Assembly: GCA_964419835.1 (NCBI GenBank)
Contig: CAYQPT010000003.1
Location: 799-64,798, forward strand
DNA: 64,000 bases
From: an uncultured Candidatus Saccharibacteria bacterium
Lineage (GTDB): Bacteria > Patescibacteriota > UBA1384 > XYA2-FULL-43-10 > 1-14-0-10-43-13
Direction of reading: 5' to 3'
Below, in pieces: positions 40,233 through 51,320 of this stretch. Under the pieces are notes generated by a model. That model made no database searches. It was not told the DNA's origin and saw only the letters and a list, made by a program, of their open reading frames with translations. Position numbers and translations under genes: made by a program. Every line of letters begins with the position of its first letter. Position 1 is the first letter of the stretch.

Positions 40233-42305
40233 ATGGCACGAGATTACACCCTAGAAAAAGTTAGAAACTTTGGCACAATTGCCCACATTGACGCCGGTAA
40301 AACCACTGTTACTGAAGGCATTTTGTACATTTCTGGAAAAGTGCACAAAATCGGTGAGGTGCACGAAGGCGAAGCAACAATGGACTGGATGGAACAAGAG
40401 CGCGAACGTGGTATTACCATCACCTCTGCTGCTACAACCGCATTCTGGAAAGATAACCGTATTAATATCATTGACACTCCCGGTCACGTTGACTTCACAG
40501 TTGAAGTTGAACGGTCTCTTCGCGTACTCGACGGCGCTGTTGTTATTCTCGACGGAAAAATGGGTGTTGAGCCACAGTCGGAAACTGTTTGGCGACAGGC
40601 CGACAAATATCAAGTTCCTCGAATGTTTTTCTGCAATAAAATCAACCAAACCGGCGGTGATTTTTACCGCTCTTTGGACTCAGTTCATGAGAGATTATCT
40701 AAAAACGCCTACCCAATTCAGCTTCCAATCGGTTTCGAACAAGCCATCAACGGTGTTGTCGATTTAGTGGAAATGAAAGCATTAACCTATAAAGAATATA
40801 CAGACAAAGCCCTTACGGTTGGCGAAATTCCTGCCGATATGGTTGAAAAGGCCAACGAGTATAGAGAGAAATTAGTTGAAAAAGTTGTCGAGTATGATGA
40901 CGCAGCTATGGAAAAATACTTGGGCGGTGAAGAAATCTCTAACGACGAACTAAGGAAATTGATTCGAAAAGCTACCATTTCAGGCGAATTTTACCCAATG
41001 CTCGGTGGAGACGGAAGAGGCGTAATCGTTTCTGCCTTGCTTGATGCCATTGTTGATTATTTGCCTTCGCCGCTTGATGTTGTTCCTGCTAAAGCAACCG
41101 ATGCTAAAACCGGCGAAGAACTTGAGATCAAACCTACTGATACTGAGCCTCTTGCTGCTTTGGCATTCAAAGTTGCTTCAGACCCATTTGTTGGCAAATT
41201 GATCTTCTTCCGCGTTTATAGAGGCGTTATGAAAAAAGGATCCTACGTATTAAACGCAACTTCCGGAGAAAAAGAGAGAATCGGCCGAATTGTTCGATTA
41301 CACGCTAATCATCGGGAAGAAGTTGACGAAGTTTTTGCAGGTGAAATTGCCGCTGCGGTAGGACTGGCCAAGACAACCACAGGTGACACTCTTTGTGAAC
41401 TAACTGCTCCTGTAATTCTAGAAAAAATTGTATTTCCAGAGCCAGTTATTGATATTGCAATCGAGCCAAAAACTAAGGCCGACCAAGAGAAAATGGGTAT
41501 TGCTCTGCAGAGATTGGCCGAAGAAGATCCAACTTTTAGAGTTAGGAGCGATGAAGAAACAGGACAAACCATTATTGCCGGTATGGGCGAACTTCACCTT
41601 GAGATCATTGTCGACCGAATGAAACGCGAATTCAAAGTTGAAGCAAACGTTGGACAACCTCAGGTTGCTTTCCGTGAAACCTGCAAACAAGAAGTTACTC
41701 AAGAAGGTAAATATATCCGTCAGACCGGTGGCCGAGGACAATACGGTCATGTTTGGATCAAACTCATCCCTCAGGAAGCAGGTAAGGGCTTTGAATTTAT
41801 CAACAAAATTACCGGTGGTGCAATTCCTAAAGAGTTCATCAATCCTGTTCAGGCCGGCATTAAAGAAGCAATGGAACGGGGAGTAATGGCCGGTTATCCG
41901 GTTGTCGACGTTGCCGTTGAGCTTTACGATGGTTCCTTCCACGAAGTTGACTCTTCTGAAATCGCCTTTAAAATTGCCGCTTCGACAGCATTTCAAGATG
42001 GTTTTAAGAAAGCAGACCCTGTTATTCTAGAGCCAATCATGAAAGTTGAAGTAACAACTCCTGAAGAATCAATGGGTGATATTATCGGCGACCTTAACGC
42101 TAAGCGTGGTCAAATTCACAAAATGGAAGACCGAGCCAACTATAAAGTTATAAGAGCAGATGTACCACTTGCCTCAATGTTTGGTTATACTACAAACTTG
42201 CGCTCTATGTCACAGGGACGAGCATCTTCCGTAATGGAATTTTCACATTATGCCGAAGTTCCTGCGCATGTGGCAAAAGAAATCATCGAAAAACGATCAA
42301 AATAA
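40233..42305 (+). CDS. fusA: translation elongation factor G
   Basis: AHIDAGKTT and DTPGHVDF GTPase motifs and the full five-domain EF-G architecture. Confidence 0.97.
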   Translation: MARDYTLEKVRNFGTIAHIDAGKTTVTEGILYISGKVHKIGEVHEGEATMDWMEQERERGITITSAATTAFWKDNRINIIDTPGHVDFTVEVERSLRVLDGAVVILDGKMGVEPQSETVWRQADKYQVPRMFFCNKINQTGGDFYRSLDSVHERLSKNAYPIQLPIGFEQAINGVVDLVEMKALTYKEYTDKALTVGEIPADMVEKANEYREKLVEKVVEYDDAAMEKYLGGEEISNDELRKLIRKATISGEFYPMLGGDGRGVIVSALLDAIVDYLPSPLDVVPAKATDAKTGEELEIKPTDTEPLAALAFKVASDPFVGKLIFFRVYRGVMKKGSYVLNATSGEKERIGRIVRLHANHREEVDEVFAGEIAAAVGLAKTTTGDTLCELTAPVILEKIVFPEPVIDIAIEPKTKADQEKMGIALQRLAEEDPTFRVRSDEETGQTIIAGMGELHLEIIVDRMKREFKVEANVGQPQVAFRETCKQEVTQEGKYIRQTGGRGQYGHVWIKLIPQEAGKGFEFINKITGGAIPKEFINPVQAGIKEAMERGVMAGYPVVDVAVELYDGSFHEVDSSEIAFKIAASTAFQDGFKKADPVILEPIMKVEVTTPEESMGDIIGDLNAKRGQIHKMEDRANYKVIRADVPLASMFGYTTNLRSMSQGRASSVMEFSHYAEVPAHVAKEIIEKRSK

Positions 42306-42405
42306 TACGGATATACGGATTACAACAAGATATAGGGATGTACGGATAAATAACAAATCTGTAAATCTGTAAATCAGCGAAAGATCTGTAAATCTGTATT
42401 GCAGA
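42306..42405 (+). repeat. about 95 bp TACGGAT/ATCTGTA inverted heptamer-repeat element (after fusA)
   Basis: TACGGATATACGGAT...GATGTACGGATAA...ATCTGTAAATCTGTAAATCAGCGAAAGATCTGTAAATCTGTA. The arms pair with G-U wobbles only in the + strand RNA. Confidence 0.8.
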
Positions 42406-42409
42406 GATA

Positions 42410-42438
42410 TTGCATTATTATAGGTTATTTGTTATAAT
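42410..42438 (+). promoter_or_regulatory. sigma70-like promoter TTGCAT-17 bp-TATAAT upstream of tuf
   Basis: TTGCAT at 42410-42415 and TATAAT at 42433-42438; GGAAAGGAGA SD lies before the tuf ATG. Confidence 0.5.
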
Positions 42439-42520
42439 CAATCAGAAATATAAAATTAAATAAGTTACTAGTGCCCCACTTTATTAAGCGGGGTAATTCC
42501 CATTCGGGAAAGGAGAATTA

Positions 42521-43699
42521 ATGGCTGCAGAAAAATTCGAACGAACAAAGCCGCATGTAAACGTCGGTACCATCGGTCACGTTGACCACGGTAAGACTAC
42601 TTTGACTGCGGCTATTACTCACGTCCTTGCTAAAAAAGGCATGGCTGCTGAGAAGAAATTTGAGGACATTGACAATGCTCCTGAAGAGAAAGAGCGTGGT
42701 ATTACCATTGCTACTTCCCACCAAGAGTATGAAACAGACAAAAGACACTACGCTCACGTAGACTGTCCGGGCCACGCTGACTATGTTAAAAACATGATCA
42801 CCGGTGCTGCACAGATGGACGGCGCAATTTTGGTTGTTTCAGCTGCTGATGGTCCTATGCCTCAAACAAGAGAGCATATCCTTCTTGCAAACCAGATTGG
42901 TGTTCCGGCAATCGTTGTTTACCTAAACAAGTGCGATATGGTTGACGATGCTGAGCTTTTGGATCTTGTTGAGATGGAAGTAAGAGAACTTTTGACCAAG
43001 TACAAATATGATGGCGACAATGCCAAGATTATTCGCGGATCAGCCCTTAAGGCGCTTGAAGATGATGCAAATTACACAAAATCAATTGACGAACTTATGG
43101 ACGCCATTGATGAAGCTATTCCAGAACCAAAAAGAGAAATCGATAAACCTTTCTTGATGCCGGTTGAAGATGTCTTCTCAATCAAAGGCCGAGGCACAGT
43201 TGCCACAGGCAGAATTGAGCAGGGTATCGTAAAAATCGGTGATGAAGTTGAAATCGTTGGTATTAAAAAGACTTCCAAAACTGTTGTTACTGGTGTTGAA
43301 ATGTTTAAAAAGCAGCTCGACCAAGGTCAAGCCGGCGACAATGTCGGACTTTTGATTCGAGGTATTGAGCGAGAAGATATTGAAAGAGGTCAAGTTTTGG
43401 CCAAACCAGGTTCAATTACTCCTCACACAGAGTTTGATGCAGAAATTTACGCTTTGACCAAAGAGGAAGGCGGACGACACAGCCCATTCTTCAAAGGTTA
43501 CAAACCTCAATTCTACATCCGAACAACCGATGTAACCGGTGAAATCGAATTTGAGCAAGAAATGATCATGCCTGGCGATACTGCCAAAGTTAAAGTTAAA
43601 CTTATCCAGCCGATTGCTATGGACGAAGGACTTAAGTTTGCTATCAGAGAAGGTGGTAAAACAGTTGGTGCCGGCGTCGTAACAAAGATCAATAAATAA
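42521..43699 (+). CDS. tuf: translation elongation factor Tu
   Basis: [23 protein letters not shown] and NKCD motifs. Confidence 0.98.
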   Translation: MAAEKFERTKPHVNVGTIGHVDHGKTTLTAAITHVLAKKGMAAEKKFEDIDNAPEEKERGITIATSHQEYETDKRHYAHVDCPGHADYVKNMITGAAQMDGAILVVSAADGPMPQTREHILLANQIGVPAIVVYLNKCDMVDDAELLDLVEMEVRELLTKYKYDGDNAKIIRGSALKALEDDANYTKSIDELMDAIDEAIPEPKREIDKPFLMPVEDVFSIKGRGTVATGRIEQGIVKIGDEVEIVGIKKTSKTVVTGVEMFKKQLDQGQAGDNVGLLIRGIEREDIERGQVLAKPGSITPHTEFDAEIYALTKEEGGRHSPFFKGYKPQFYIRTTDVTGEIEFEQEMIMPGDTAKVKVKLIQPIAMDEGLKFAIREGGKTVGAGVVTKINK

Positions 43700-43790
43700 A
43701 TTTTCAGTTGTCAGTAAATCAGTAAATCGGTTGTCAGTTCTTATACTTACAACTGATTCACTTACAACTTACAACTAGTAATATCGTTCG
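43700..43790 (+). repeat. intercistronic imperfect palindrome of tandem heptamers (GTAAATCAG arm / CTTACAACT arm) after tuf
   Basis: CAGTTGTCAGTAAATCAGTAAATCGGTTGTCAG...ACTTACAACTGATTCACTTACAACTTACAACT. Confidence 0.75.
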
Positions 43791-43855
43791 CAGTGGGGCC
43801 TAATCTAAAATTGGGCTTCACACGAAAAGTATCAACATAATTCAAGAAAAAAGAA

Positions 43856-44179
43856 ATGCCAGAGAAAAGTGCAGTAAAACAGAAGATTAGGATCAAGCTT
43901 AAAGCTTATGATTATCGAATCATCGACAAATCAGCTGAGCAGATCATTCAAACCGCTATCCGATCAGGCGCAGCTGTCGCCGGACCGGTTCCGCTTCCTA
44001 CAGAAACAAGCAAGGTGACTGTTATCAAGTCTCCCCATGTTCACAAGGATTCACGCGAACAGTTTGAAATGAGAGTTCACAAACGATTGATTGATATCTT
44101 AAATCCTACTTCCAAAACAATCGATAACCTTATGGGGCTTGACCTTCCGCACGGCGTTGACATTGAGATCAAAATGTAG
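43856..44179 (+). CDS. rpsJ: 30S ribosomal protein S10
   Basis: [20 protein letters not shown]...GPVPLPT...[13 protein letters not shown]. Confidence 0.95.
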   Translation: MPEKSAVKQKIRIKLKAYDYRIIDKSAEQIIQTAIRSGAAVAGPVPLPTETSKVTVIKSPHVHKDSREQFEMRVHKRLIDILNPTSKTIDNLMGLDLPHGVDIEIKM

Positions 44180-45188
44180 TATGCTGGTCTAAGCGATCAG
44201 TTATATTTGCGCTTAATAAAAAGGTCCTGGATATCGTCTCGCCAATCGGCGGATGGATCCAAGACATATTATTTATGTAGCAGGCAAATAAATGACGATT
44301 AGTCATTTATTGTTTGCCACTTAAGTAGGCAAAAACCTTAACATTATTACTGTCCTTAGGCCGTCTGGGATCCTGCATGACCAGGATGGATTGGGCGGCT
44401 CTCGCTCTCCCTTTATGGGGAGATCGCTGAGATTGAGCGTACAACGCTCTCTAAGGATGAGGTCTCGGAGATCTTACCTAAGCCCGGTGGCTGCTGGGGG
44501 ATCACTTCTTGGGTTTGAAATCTGAGACTTCAATTTACCACGCAGTGCGTGTAATATCGCCTGTGTGGGAGGGTTATGTGCTTACTTTTCCTGGATTGGA
44601 GACTCGCAAACGTTGCCTTTCAGATCAGGTAAGTATCATCACCCCCCGGAGAGCAGCCCACTTAGCGACCCTCGAGTTGCGGGTATAGGGGCGACTCTCT
44701 CACTCTTTCTGGCAGTTCTTGGAAAGATGAGAGTTTTGAGTAAGAGGCTCTACCCTCTCCGGGAAACAAGTTCCATCAGTCTTTCGCACAGCGTTTGTAT
44801 TGCGTAGTGCCGCTGTGGGGAAGGAAGCAGAATCAGCACTCAGGTCGGTTGATTCTGTCAAGTAGCAGGGTACTCCCCCTGCTGCTACCAAGGGGTATTA
44901 TACCCCTTCTGTCGGAGTAGGTGGTGCGTTCAGTGCTCCTGCACCACCTACTCAAAATCTTTAACAATTTATTGTTTGAACAAAGTGAGAACTAAAGCAA
45001 TTTACTTATCGCTCCGCTCGAAGAATAAATAGGATCCTTAAACAAGATACAGATCCCGAAACAAGTTTGGGATGACGCAAAGCGTCAGTTCAGGATGACG
45101 ACAAAATTATCATTCGCTATCTGTAAATTCGTAAAATTAGTAATCTCCTGCAGCAGCAGGATCCCGCTTCCAGCGGGGCATAGTCACG
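44180..45188 (+). ncRNA. about 1 kb GC-rich, ORF-free, hairpin-dense segment inserted between rpsJ and rplC: candidate large structured RNA or non-coding inserted element of unknown class
   Basis: No ORF longer than 80 aa on either strand, and none with protein-like composition. GC is about 50% against about 38% in the flanks. Many perfect stems: GGCAAATAAATGAC/GTCATTTATT-TTTGCC at 44280-44318, GAGTAGGTGGTGC/GCACCACCTACTC at 44908-44950, AGCAGGG/CCCTGCT, AAGGGG/CCCCTT and GAGCG/CGCTC. Confidence 0.3.
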
Positions 45189-45935
45189 ATGAAATTCATA
45201 TTAGCAAGAAAAATTGGGATGACACGCGTATTCGACCAAGACGGCCGAAGTTTTGCAGTTACTAAAATTGCCGCTTTGCCTTGCTCTATCTCACAGGTTA
45301 AGGACAAAGAGAAAGACAAATACAAAGCAGTTCAAGTTTCCGCCTATAAAGGCGAGACCTCGCCCGTTAAGGGCGGGAGTGCCATCAAAAGGAAAACCGT
45401 GAAGATTGCTGAATTCAAAGAGCAAAACAGTAAAAGATATAAAATGGGTGAAGATGTTAACCTGAAACAGTTTAAGAAAGACGAAATGGTAACTGTTGAA
45501 GGCACAGGAAAAGGCAAAGGTTTTGCCGGTACAGTTAAACGACATGGTTTTGCCATGGGTCCTGTTTCACACGGCTCAAAGAACATTCGAAAGCCCGGTT
45601 CAATCGGCGGCGGATATCCACAAAGAGTCGTAAAAGGACGAAAAATGGCCGGACGGATGGGTGGACAAAATGTTACTGTTAAAAACCTAAAAATTGTTGA
45701 TGTAGATGACCAGTTTATCTTGATTGCAGGAAGCATTCCCGGACCAAACAAATCAATCGTAAAAGTTTATGGCAAAGGCGAAAAAGCCGAAGAAGTAATT
45801 GACCACGCAGCCGAGGAAGAAAAATTGGCACAGGAAAAGATGCTTGAAGCTGACAAAGAAGCCAAAGAGGAGAAGAAAGAAGATCAAGTTGTGAGTGAAG
45901 CTTCACCGGTCGAAGAGTCAACAGAAGATAAATAA
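45189..45935 (+). CDS. rplC: 50S ribosomal protein L3 with a K/E-rich C-terminal extension
   Basis: MKFILARKIGMTRVFD...TVEGTGKGKGFAGTVKRHGF. Confidence 0.95.
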   Translation: MKFILARKIGMTRVFDQDGRSFAVTKIAALPCSISQVKDKEKDKYKAVQVSAYKGETSPVKGGSAIKRKTVKIAEFKEQNSKRYKMGEDVNLKQFKKDEMVTVEGTGKGKGFAGTVKRHGFAMGPVSHGSKNIRKPGSIGGGYPQRVVKGRKMAGRMGGQNVTVKNLKIVDVDDQFILIAGSIPGPNKSIVKVYGKGEKAEEVIDHAAEEEKLAQEKMLEADKEAKEEKKEDQVVSEASPVEESTEDK

Positions 45936-46012
45936 TCGTAGCAGGTATCAGGTAGCAGGTATTATGCAACCTCCTGATACATACTACCTAATACATTATA
46001 CGAAACAAGAAA

Positions 46013-46687
46013 ATGAAAGTATCAGTTTTTACAAAATCGGGTGAGAAAAAAGAAGATTTGACACTGTCAAACATATTCGGCGTAGAAGTTAGCGGAAAAG
46101 CGGCTACTCTTTATATTAATTATTTGCGTGCAGCGCTCAGGTTTCCTGTTGCAAACACAAAAAACCGAGGCGAGGTATCTGGCGGTGGACGCAAACCTTA
46201 CAGACAAAAAGGTACTGGTAATGCTCGAGCCGGTTCAAGCCGTTCCCCTCTATGGGTTGGCGGTGGTGTAACATTTGGCCCGACAAACGACCAGAACTTT
46301 CACAAAAGAATCAATTCAAGAGAGAAAAGACGGGTTATCCTAGGTCTTATTTCGGAGTTGATTAAAGACAACAAAATGATTGTCTTGGAAGGAATTTCCG
46401 AGGAAATCAAAAAGACTAAAGAAGCAGCACAAATTTTATCCAGCGTTAAAGCCGAAGGTAAAGTTTCAGTAATCCTGTCCAAGGAAAACGGCACAGCATA
46501 TGTATCTTTCAGAAACATTGCCGGTGTTAAAATCATGAGCCCTTCAAAACTGGACATGATTTACCTGACATCTTCCGATAAAGTTGTTGTTTCAAAAGAA
46601 GCACTTGCACAATTGGAAAGTATTTTTACCCCAAAAGACAAGTCACTTTCAGATTCAACGGAAATAGAAAAAGGAGAGCATAAGTAA
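46013..46687 (+). CDS. rplD: 50S ribosomal protein L4
   Basis: [21 protein letters not shown] motif. Confidence 0.95.
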   Translation: MKVSVFTKSGEKKEDLTLSNIFGVEVSGKAATLYINYLRAALRFPVANTKNRGEVSGGGRKPYRQKGTGNARAGSSRSPLWVGGGVTFGPTNDQNFHKRINSREKRRVILGLISELIKDNKMIVLEGISEEIKKTKEAAQILSSVKAEGKVSVILSKENGTAYVSFRNIAGVKIMSPSKLDMIYLTSSDKVVVSKEALAQLESIFTPKDKSLSDSTEIEKGEHK

Positions 46688-46761
46688 ATCAGTAAATCAG
46701 TTGTCAGTAAATCAGATACAAAACTTACAACTTATTCACTTACAACTTACAACTTAAAATC
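46688..46761 (+). repeat. intercistronic heptamer-repeat palindrome (GTAAATCAG / CTTACAACT family) after rplD
   Basis: ATCAGTAAATCAGTTGTCAGTAAATCAG...AACTTACAACTTATTCACTTACAACTTACAACTT. Confidence 0.75.
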
Positions 46762-47121
46762 ATGAGTAATATCATCAAAAAAGTATTAGTTTCAGAAAAG
46801 AGTTTTAGAGATGCCACTTTAGGCAAATATACTTTTGTTGTTGACTCTGGCGCCGATAAAGAAGGCATTGCTAGAATGTGCGAAAGATTGTTTAATGTAA
46901 CTGTTCTTTCTGTTAATTCAATGAATGTTATGGGTAAAGTTAAGACCACCAAACGGATCAAAGGAAGAAGAAGCGATTTCAAAAAAGTCATCTTGACTCT
47001 AAAACCTGGAGACAAAATAGATTTATTTGAAACAGAAGACAAAGAGGACAAGAAAAAAGACAAAAAGGCAGAAAAGAAACTAGAAAAGTCAAAAGTTAAA
47101 GATAAAGATAAGGCAAAATAA
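46762..47121 (+). CDS. rplW: 50S ribosomal protein L23 with a lysine-rich C-terminal extension
   Basis: VLVSEKS...KYTFVVDSGADKEGIARMCERLFNVTVLSVNSMN, followed by a KKDKKAEKKLEKSKVKDKDKAK tail. Confidence 0.9.
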   Translation: MSNIIKKVLVSEKSFRDATLGKYTFVVDSGADKEGIARMCERLFNVTVLSVNSMNVMGKVKTTKRIKGRRSDFKKVILTLKPGDKIDLFETEDKEDKKKDKKAEKKLEKSKVKDKDKAK

Positions 47122-47206
47122 TTAAGCTGTAGTATGTATAAGGTATCATGTATTAGGCGGTTTTCGTCCCTACTACTTACTACCTACTACTTACTACCTA
47201 CTAAGA

Positions 47207-48043
47207 ATGGCACTTCGAATCGTAAAACCTACCGGAAATGCTCGAAGACAGATGTCTGTCACTAATTTTTCGTCTCTTGATAAAAATCCAAAGAGAATCA
47301 AAAGCTTAACTTTCGGCGTTAAGAGAATTTCAGGTAGAAACAGTGCCGGTCAGCTTGTTGTTAGAAGAAGAGGCGGCGGAGCCAAAAAGCTTTACAGAAT
47401 GGTTGATTTTTCCAGAGTTTCTCATATGGGCGAAAAAGCAACCGTAATCGGTATAGAATACGATCCAAACAGAACTGCTCATATTGCACTTATTCAGTAC
47501 GAATCAGGTGAAAAATCATATATTTTAGCGCCTAATGGTCTGGAAAAAGGCAAAGATGTAGTTTGCGACGAAAAGACTTTGGTAAAAACCGGAAATTGCA
47601 TGAAGATTAAAAACATTCCGGTTTCAACTCAAATTCACAATGTCGAATTGGTAAATGGCAAAGGTGGTCAAATATGCCGCGGTGCTGGTAGTTTCGCAAC
47701 ACTTCTTGGTGTTGACGGAAAATATGCCCAGCTTCGAATGCCATCGGGTGAGATTAGAAAGGTTCTGGCGGAAAATTTCGCTTCTATTGGTATTGTGTCC
47801 AACTTGGATCACAGTAACATTAAAATCGGAAAAGCTGGCAGAACACGTTACATGGGAATTCGTCCTTCCGTTCGCGGTAAGGCAATGAACCCTTGCGATC
47901 ATCCACATGGTGGTGGTGAAGGCGGTACCTCAATCGGTATGTCGCATCCAAAGACTCCATGGGGTGCTCCAGCGCTTGGTCCAAGAACACGAAACAAGAA
48001 GAAACCTAATGCCAAGTTGGTATTAAACAGAAGGAAGAAATAA
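47207..48043 (+). CDS. rplB: 50S ribosomal protein L2
   Basis: C-terminal [28 protein letters not shown]. Confidence 0.97.
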   Translation: MALRIVKPTGNARRQMSVTNFSSLDKNPKRIKSLTFGVKRISGRNSAGQLVVRRRGGGAKKLYRMVDFSRVSHMGEKATVIGIEYDPNRTAHIALIQYESGEKSYILAPNGLEKGKDVVCDEKTLVKTGNCMKIKNIPVSTQIHNVELVNGKGGQICRGAGSFATLLGVDGKYAQLRMPSGEIRKVLAENFASIGIVSNLDHSNIKIGKAGRTRYMGIRPSVRGKAMNPCDHPHGGGEGGTSIGMSHPKTPWGAPALGPRTRNKKKPNAKLVLNRRKK

Positions 48044-48330
48044 TGTCCAGATCACTCAAAAAAGGCCCATTTATTGATGAAAAGTTGATGAAGAAGGTTT
48101 TGAAAGCGAATTCGACAAATGATCGAAAACCGATTAAGACCTGGGCAAGATTTTCTACTATTACCCCTGAAATGGTTGGTTTAACCTTCGCAGTTCACAA
48201 TGGTAAAGATCACCTTCCCGTATTCGTTGTTGAGGACATGGTTGGTTATAAGCTGGGTGAATTTTCTCCTACGAGAAAGTTTAGAAGCCACGGCGGTAAG
48301 ATGGCCAAAGAACAAGCTAAGGGAAAGTAA
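48043..48330 (+). CDS. rpsS: 30S ribosomal protein S19
   Basis: [15 protein letters not shown]...[14 protein letters not shown]; overlaps rplB by 1 nt. Confidence 0.95.
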   Translation: MSRSLKKGPFIDEKLMKKVLKANSTNDRKPIKTWARFSTITPEMVGLTFAVHNGKDHLPVFVVEDMVGYKLGEFSPTRKFRSHGGKMAKEQAKGK

Positions 48331-48429
48331 ATATTAATCAAGTAGTCAGTAAATCAGTTGTCAGTAAATCAGCAGATATAAAACTTACAACTTATTCACT
48401 TACAACTTACAACTTACAACTGAAATATT
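48331..48429 (+). repeat. intercistronic heptamer-repeat palindrome (GTAAATCAG / CTTACAACT family) after rpsS
   Basis: AGTAGTCAGTAAATCAGTTGTCAGTAAATCAGCAG...AAACTTACAACTTATTCACTTACAACTTACAACTTACAACTG. Confidence 0.75.
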
Positions 48430-48840
48430 ATGGAAATCAAAGTAAAAAGTTTATATTTGAAAGCATCACCCTTCAAAGTCAGACCGGCATTGCATGGTCT
48501 TTTAGGGCAAAATGCACAGAAAGCTTATGTTGCGCTTAGGTTTACAAATAAAAAAGGCGCAGGGTTCATGGCGGGACTTTTAAAGTCAGCAATTGCCATT
48601 GGCAAAGAAAACGACCTTGACCTTGATAAACTTTACATTAAATCAGTTAACTGCACCGAAGGCCCAAGATTAAAGAGAAGACAGATTAAGGCAAGAGGCC
48701 GTTCTGACGCTATACAGAAGAGAATGTGTCACTTGAATCTTATTATTTCAGATATTGCCGACCAAAAGATTAAAGAGAAGAAGCCGGAAGTTAAAAAAGT
48801 TAAAGAAAAACCCGCTAAGAAACCAGCAGTAAAAAGCTAA
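48430..48840 (+). CDS. rplV: 50S ribosomal protein L22
   Basis: L22 family sequence with a K/P-rich C-terminal tail. Confidence 0.9.
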   Translation: MEIKVKSLYLKASPFKVRPALHGLLGQNAQKAYVALRFTNKKGAGFMAGLLKSAIAIGKENDLDLDKLYIKSVNCTEGPRLKRRQIKARGRSDAIQKRMCHLNLIISDIADQKIKEKKPEVKKVKEKPAKKPAVKS

Positions 48841-48847
48841 GGAAATT

Positions 48848-49486
48848 ATGGGACAAAAAGTCAATCCAACATCAATGCGACTGAAGATCAACGAGAGCTG
48901 GAAATCTCTCTGGTTTGGCGGACAAAATTACGCCGACAACCTTATATCTGACTTGAAAATCAGAAAAATGTTGGAAACACGGCTTAAAGAAGCATCACTT
49001 TCTGAGATTATCATCCGACGAGATGCAAATAAGGTTACAATTGACATTCATTCCGGTAGACCCGGTGTTATCATCGGACGAGGCGGAGCAGGTACAGATG
49101 AATTGAAGAAAATACTTCAGAAAAGCTTAACCGGACGAGTTCAGATAAACATCATTGAAGTCAAAAAGCCCGATGCAGATGCCAGCATAATCGCACAAAA
49201 TGTTGCCTCCCAGATTGAAAGAAGAATTCCATTCCGAAGAGCAATCAAGCAGGCAATTGAGAAAGCAAAGGAATCCGGAGTTCAAGGTATTAAAATCCTT
49301 GTCTCAGGACGATTAAACGGTGCAGACATTGCAAGGTCAGAAAAAAATTCCTTCGGAACAGTTCCGCTTTCAATGTTTAAGAGCAATATTGAGTTCAAAC
49401 ATATCCAAGCCCATACCACTTTCGGTGTAATTGGAGTCAAAGTCTGGGTGTACAAGGGCGAACGAGGAATGAAAGAAGAAGCTTAA
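48848..49486 (+). CDS. rpsC: 30S ribosomal protein S3
   Basis: MGQKVNPTSMRL, KH domain and the GRPGVIIGRGG motif. Confidence 0.95.
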   Translation: MGQKVNPTSMRLKINESWKSLWFGGQNYADNLISDLKIRKMLETRLKEASLSEIIIRRDANKVTIDIHSGRPGVIIGRGGAGTDELKKILQKSLTGRVQINIIEVKKPDADASIIAQNVASQIERRIPFRRAIKQAIEKAKESGVQGIKILVSGRLNGADIARSEKNSFGTVPLSMFKSNIEFKHIQAHTTFGVIGVKVWVYKGERGMKEEA

Positions 49487-49580
49487 ATACAAATATACGG
49501 ATTTATAAACAAGATATACAGATGTACGGATAATCTGTAAATCTGTAAATCCGAGCAAGATCCGTAAATCGGTATAAAGG
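49487..49580 (+). repeat. about 95 bp TACGGAT/ATCTGTA inverted heptamer-repeat element (after rpsC)
   Basis: ATACGGATTTATAAACAAGATATACAGATGTACGGATAATCTGTAAATCTGTAAATCCGAGCAAGATCCGTAAATCGGTA. Confidence 0.8.
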
Positions 49581-49589
49581 AAATAAATC

Positions 49590-50003
49590 ATGTTGATGCC
49601 AAAGAAAATGAAATTTAGAAAGCAGCAAAGAGGAAGCAACCGCGGACAAGCAACTCGCGGCAATACTCTTGCTTTTGGTAAGTTTGGTATCAAGACATTG
49701 GAAGGCGGCTGGATTTCGGCAAGAGAGATAGAAGCTGCACGACGAGCCATGACAAGATATATTAAGCGTGGTGGTGAAGTTTGGATCCGCGTATTTCCCG
49801 ACAAGCCAGTTACCATGACTTCGGCAGAAGTGCCTATGGGATCAGGAAAAGGTGCCGTAGATCACTTTGTTGCAGTTATCCAACCCGGTAGAATATTATT
49901 TGAAATGGATGGCGTTGAAGGAATAGTTGCTAAAGAGGCAATGCGTTTAGCACAACACAAACTTTCTGTTAAGACCAAATTCGTCAGCAAGGAGGAAATG
50001 TGA
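49590..50003 (+). CDS. rplP: 50S ribosomal protein L16
   Basis: [15 protein letters not shown]... Confidence 0.95.
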   Translation: MLMPKKMKFRKQQRGSNRGQATRGNTLAFGKFGIKTLEGGWISAREIEAARRAMTRYIKRGGEVWIRVFPDKPVTMTSAEVPMGSGKGAVDHFVAVIQPGRILFEMDGVEGIVAKEAMRLAQHKLSVKTKFVSKEEM

Positions 50004-50215
50004 AAGTAAAAGAACAAATGAAGAAATATAGAGAAATGAAAGATTCCGATCTTGCAGCTGAGCTTAAAAATATTAAGAAAGAATTAACTCTAGCTTCTCT
50101 TAAAGTTAAAGTCGGAAAGCAGTCAGATATTTCACAGGTAAAGAAAATTAAGAAGAATATCGCCAGAATTAATTCAATCGTTACTGAAAAAGCATACGGA
50201 GTATCAAATGAATAA
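50000..50215 (+). CDS. rpmC: 50S ribosomal protein L29
   Basis: Short coiled-coil protein with L29-like [15 protein letters not shown], directly after rplP (4 nt overlap). Confidence 0.85.
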   Translation: MKVKEQMKKYREMKDSDLAAELKNIKKELTLASLKVKVGKQSDISQVKKIKKNIARINSIVTEKAYGVSNE

Positions 50216-50453
50216 TAAAGTCATAAGAACCAAAAAAGGCACAGTTGTTTCTGACAAGATGGATAAAACCGTTGTTGTTTCAGTTGACCGGATTAAAGAG
50301 CACCCACTTTACAAGAAGAAGTATACTGTAAGCAAGAAATATAAGGCAGACGATCAGGAAAATCAGTACAAAGTCGGCGATGTTGTTGAGATAACAGGAA
50401 CAAGACCGATCAGTAGAGATAAGAAGTATAAGGTATTAAGGAAGGTTAATTAG
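50208..50453 (+). CDS. rpsQ: 30S ribosomal protein S17
   Basis: [39 protein letters not shown]...[20 protein letters not shown]. Confidence 0.93.
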   Translation: MNNKVIRTKKGTVVSDKMDKTVVVSVDRIKEHPLYKKKYTVSKKYKADDQENQYKVGDVVEITGTRPISRDKKYKVLRKVN

Positions 50454-50551
50454 TAAGTTAGCCGGGTAGTCGGGTAGTTGGGTAACAGATGATGTTGAGA
50501 ACACTAACTAACAAACAAACCAACTAACCAACGATCAAACTAGGAATTATT
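50454..50551 (+). repeat. intercistronic repeat palindrome (GGTAGTYGG arm / AACTAAC arm) after rpsQ
   Basis: TTAGTAAGTTAGCCGGGTAGTCGGGTAGTTGGGTAAC...ACTAACTAACAAACAAACCAACTAACCAAC. Confidence 0.7.
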
Positions 50552-50917
50552 ATGATCCAGATGGGAACAAGATTAAAAGTTGCAGACAACACAGGTGCAA
50601 AAGAAATACAGTGCATCACTGTTCTTGGACGTGCAAAAAGAGATCAGGCACAGGTTGGCGATATTATTTCCGCATCAGTTAAAAGCGCAATTCCACGAGG
50701 CACAGTAAAGAAAAAGGAAGTTGTTAAGGCGGTTATTGTTCGCCAGAAAAAGCAAATTTCAAGAGAAGACGGCTCCTATATCAGTTTTTCAGAAAATGCA
50801 GCCGTTATCATTGACGATGCCGGCAATCCACGAGGAACACGTATCTTCGGGCCGATCCCACGAGAACTTCGAAGAGGATATATGAAGATAATTTCATTAG
50901 CACCGGAAGTATTATAA
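50552..50917 (+). CDS. rplN: 50S ribosomal protein L14
   Basis: [22 protein letters not shown]... Confidence 0.96.
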   Translation: MIQMGTRLKVADNTGAKEIQCITVLGRAKRDQAQVGDIISASVKSAIPRGTVKKKEVVKAVIVRQKKQISREDGSYISFSENAAVIIDDAGNPRGTRIFGPIPRELRRGYMKIISLAPEVL

Positions 50918-50999
50918 TCAGTAAATCAGTAAATAAGTAAATCAGTAAATAAGTTCAAAACAGACAACTGATTCACTGACAACTGACAACTAAAACAAC
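50918..50999 (+). repeat. intercistronic heptamer-repeat palindrome (GTAAATMAG / CTGACAACT family) after rplN
   Basis: CAGTAAATCAGTAAATAAGTAAATCAGTAAATAAG...CAACTGATTCACTGACAACTGACAACT. Confidence 0.75.
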
Positions 51000-51320
51000 A
51001 TGAAGATTAAAAAAAATGACAATGTAATGATCATCGCAGGCAAAGACAAAGGCAAAACCGGAGTCGTTGAGCGAGTTTTCCCATCAATGGGCAAACTGGT
51101 TGTCAAAGGAATTGCTTTGGCTAAGAAACATGTTAAGCCAAGCAAAAAAAATCCTTCAGGCGGTATCATTGATATAAATCAAAAAATACAAGCATCCAAC
51201 GCAATGGTAGTCTGCCCAAGCTGCGGCAAGCCAACCAGAGTTGGTTATAATGTTTCGGAAAAAGGTAAAATTCGCATCTGCAAAAAATGCAGCCAAAGCG
51301 TTGAAGGCGGGACTAAATAA
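51000..51320 (+). CDS. rplX: 50S ribosomal protein L24 carrying a CxxC...CxxC zinc-ribbon insertion
   Basis: KOW-type N-terminus (MKIKKNDNVMIIAGKDKGKTGVV) and a VVCPSCGKPTRVGYNVSEKGKIRICKKC four-cysteine motif. Confidence 0.85.
   Translation: MKIKKNDNVMIIAGKDKGKTGVVERVFPSMGKLVVKGIALAKKHVKPSKKNPSGGIIDINQKIQASNAMVVCPSCGKPTRVGYNVSEKGKIRICKKCSQSVEGGTK

Noticed and set aside
44565-44807. 80 aa ORF inside the S10-L3 GC-rich insert
   Set aside because: Non-protein-like sequence (Pro/Ser/Leu-rich with no motifs), no SD, and typical of chance ORFs in GC-rich non-coding DNA.
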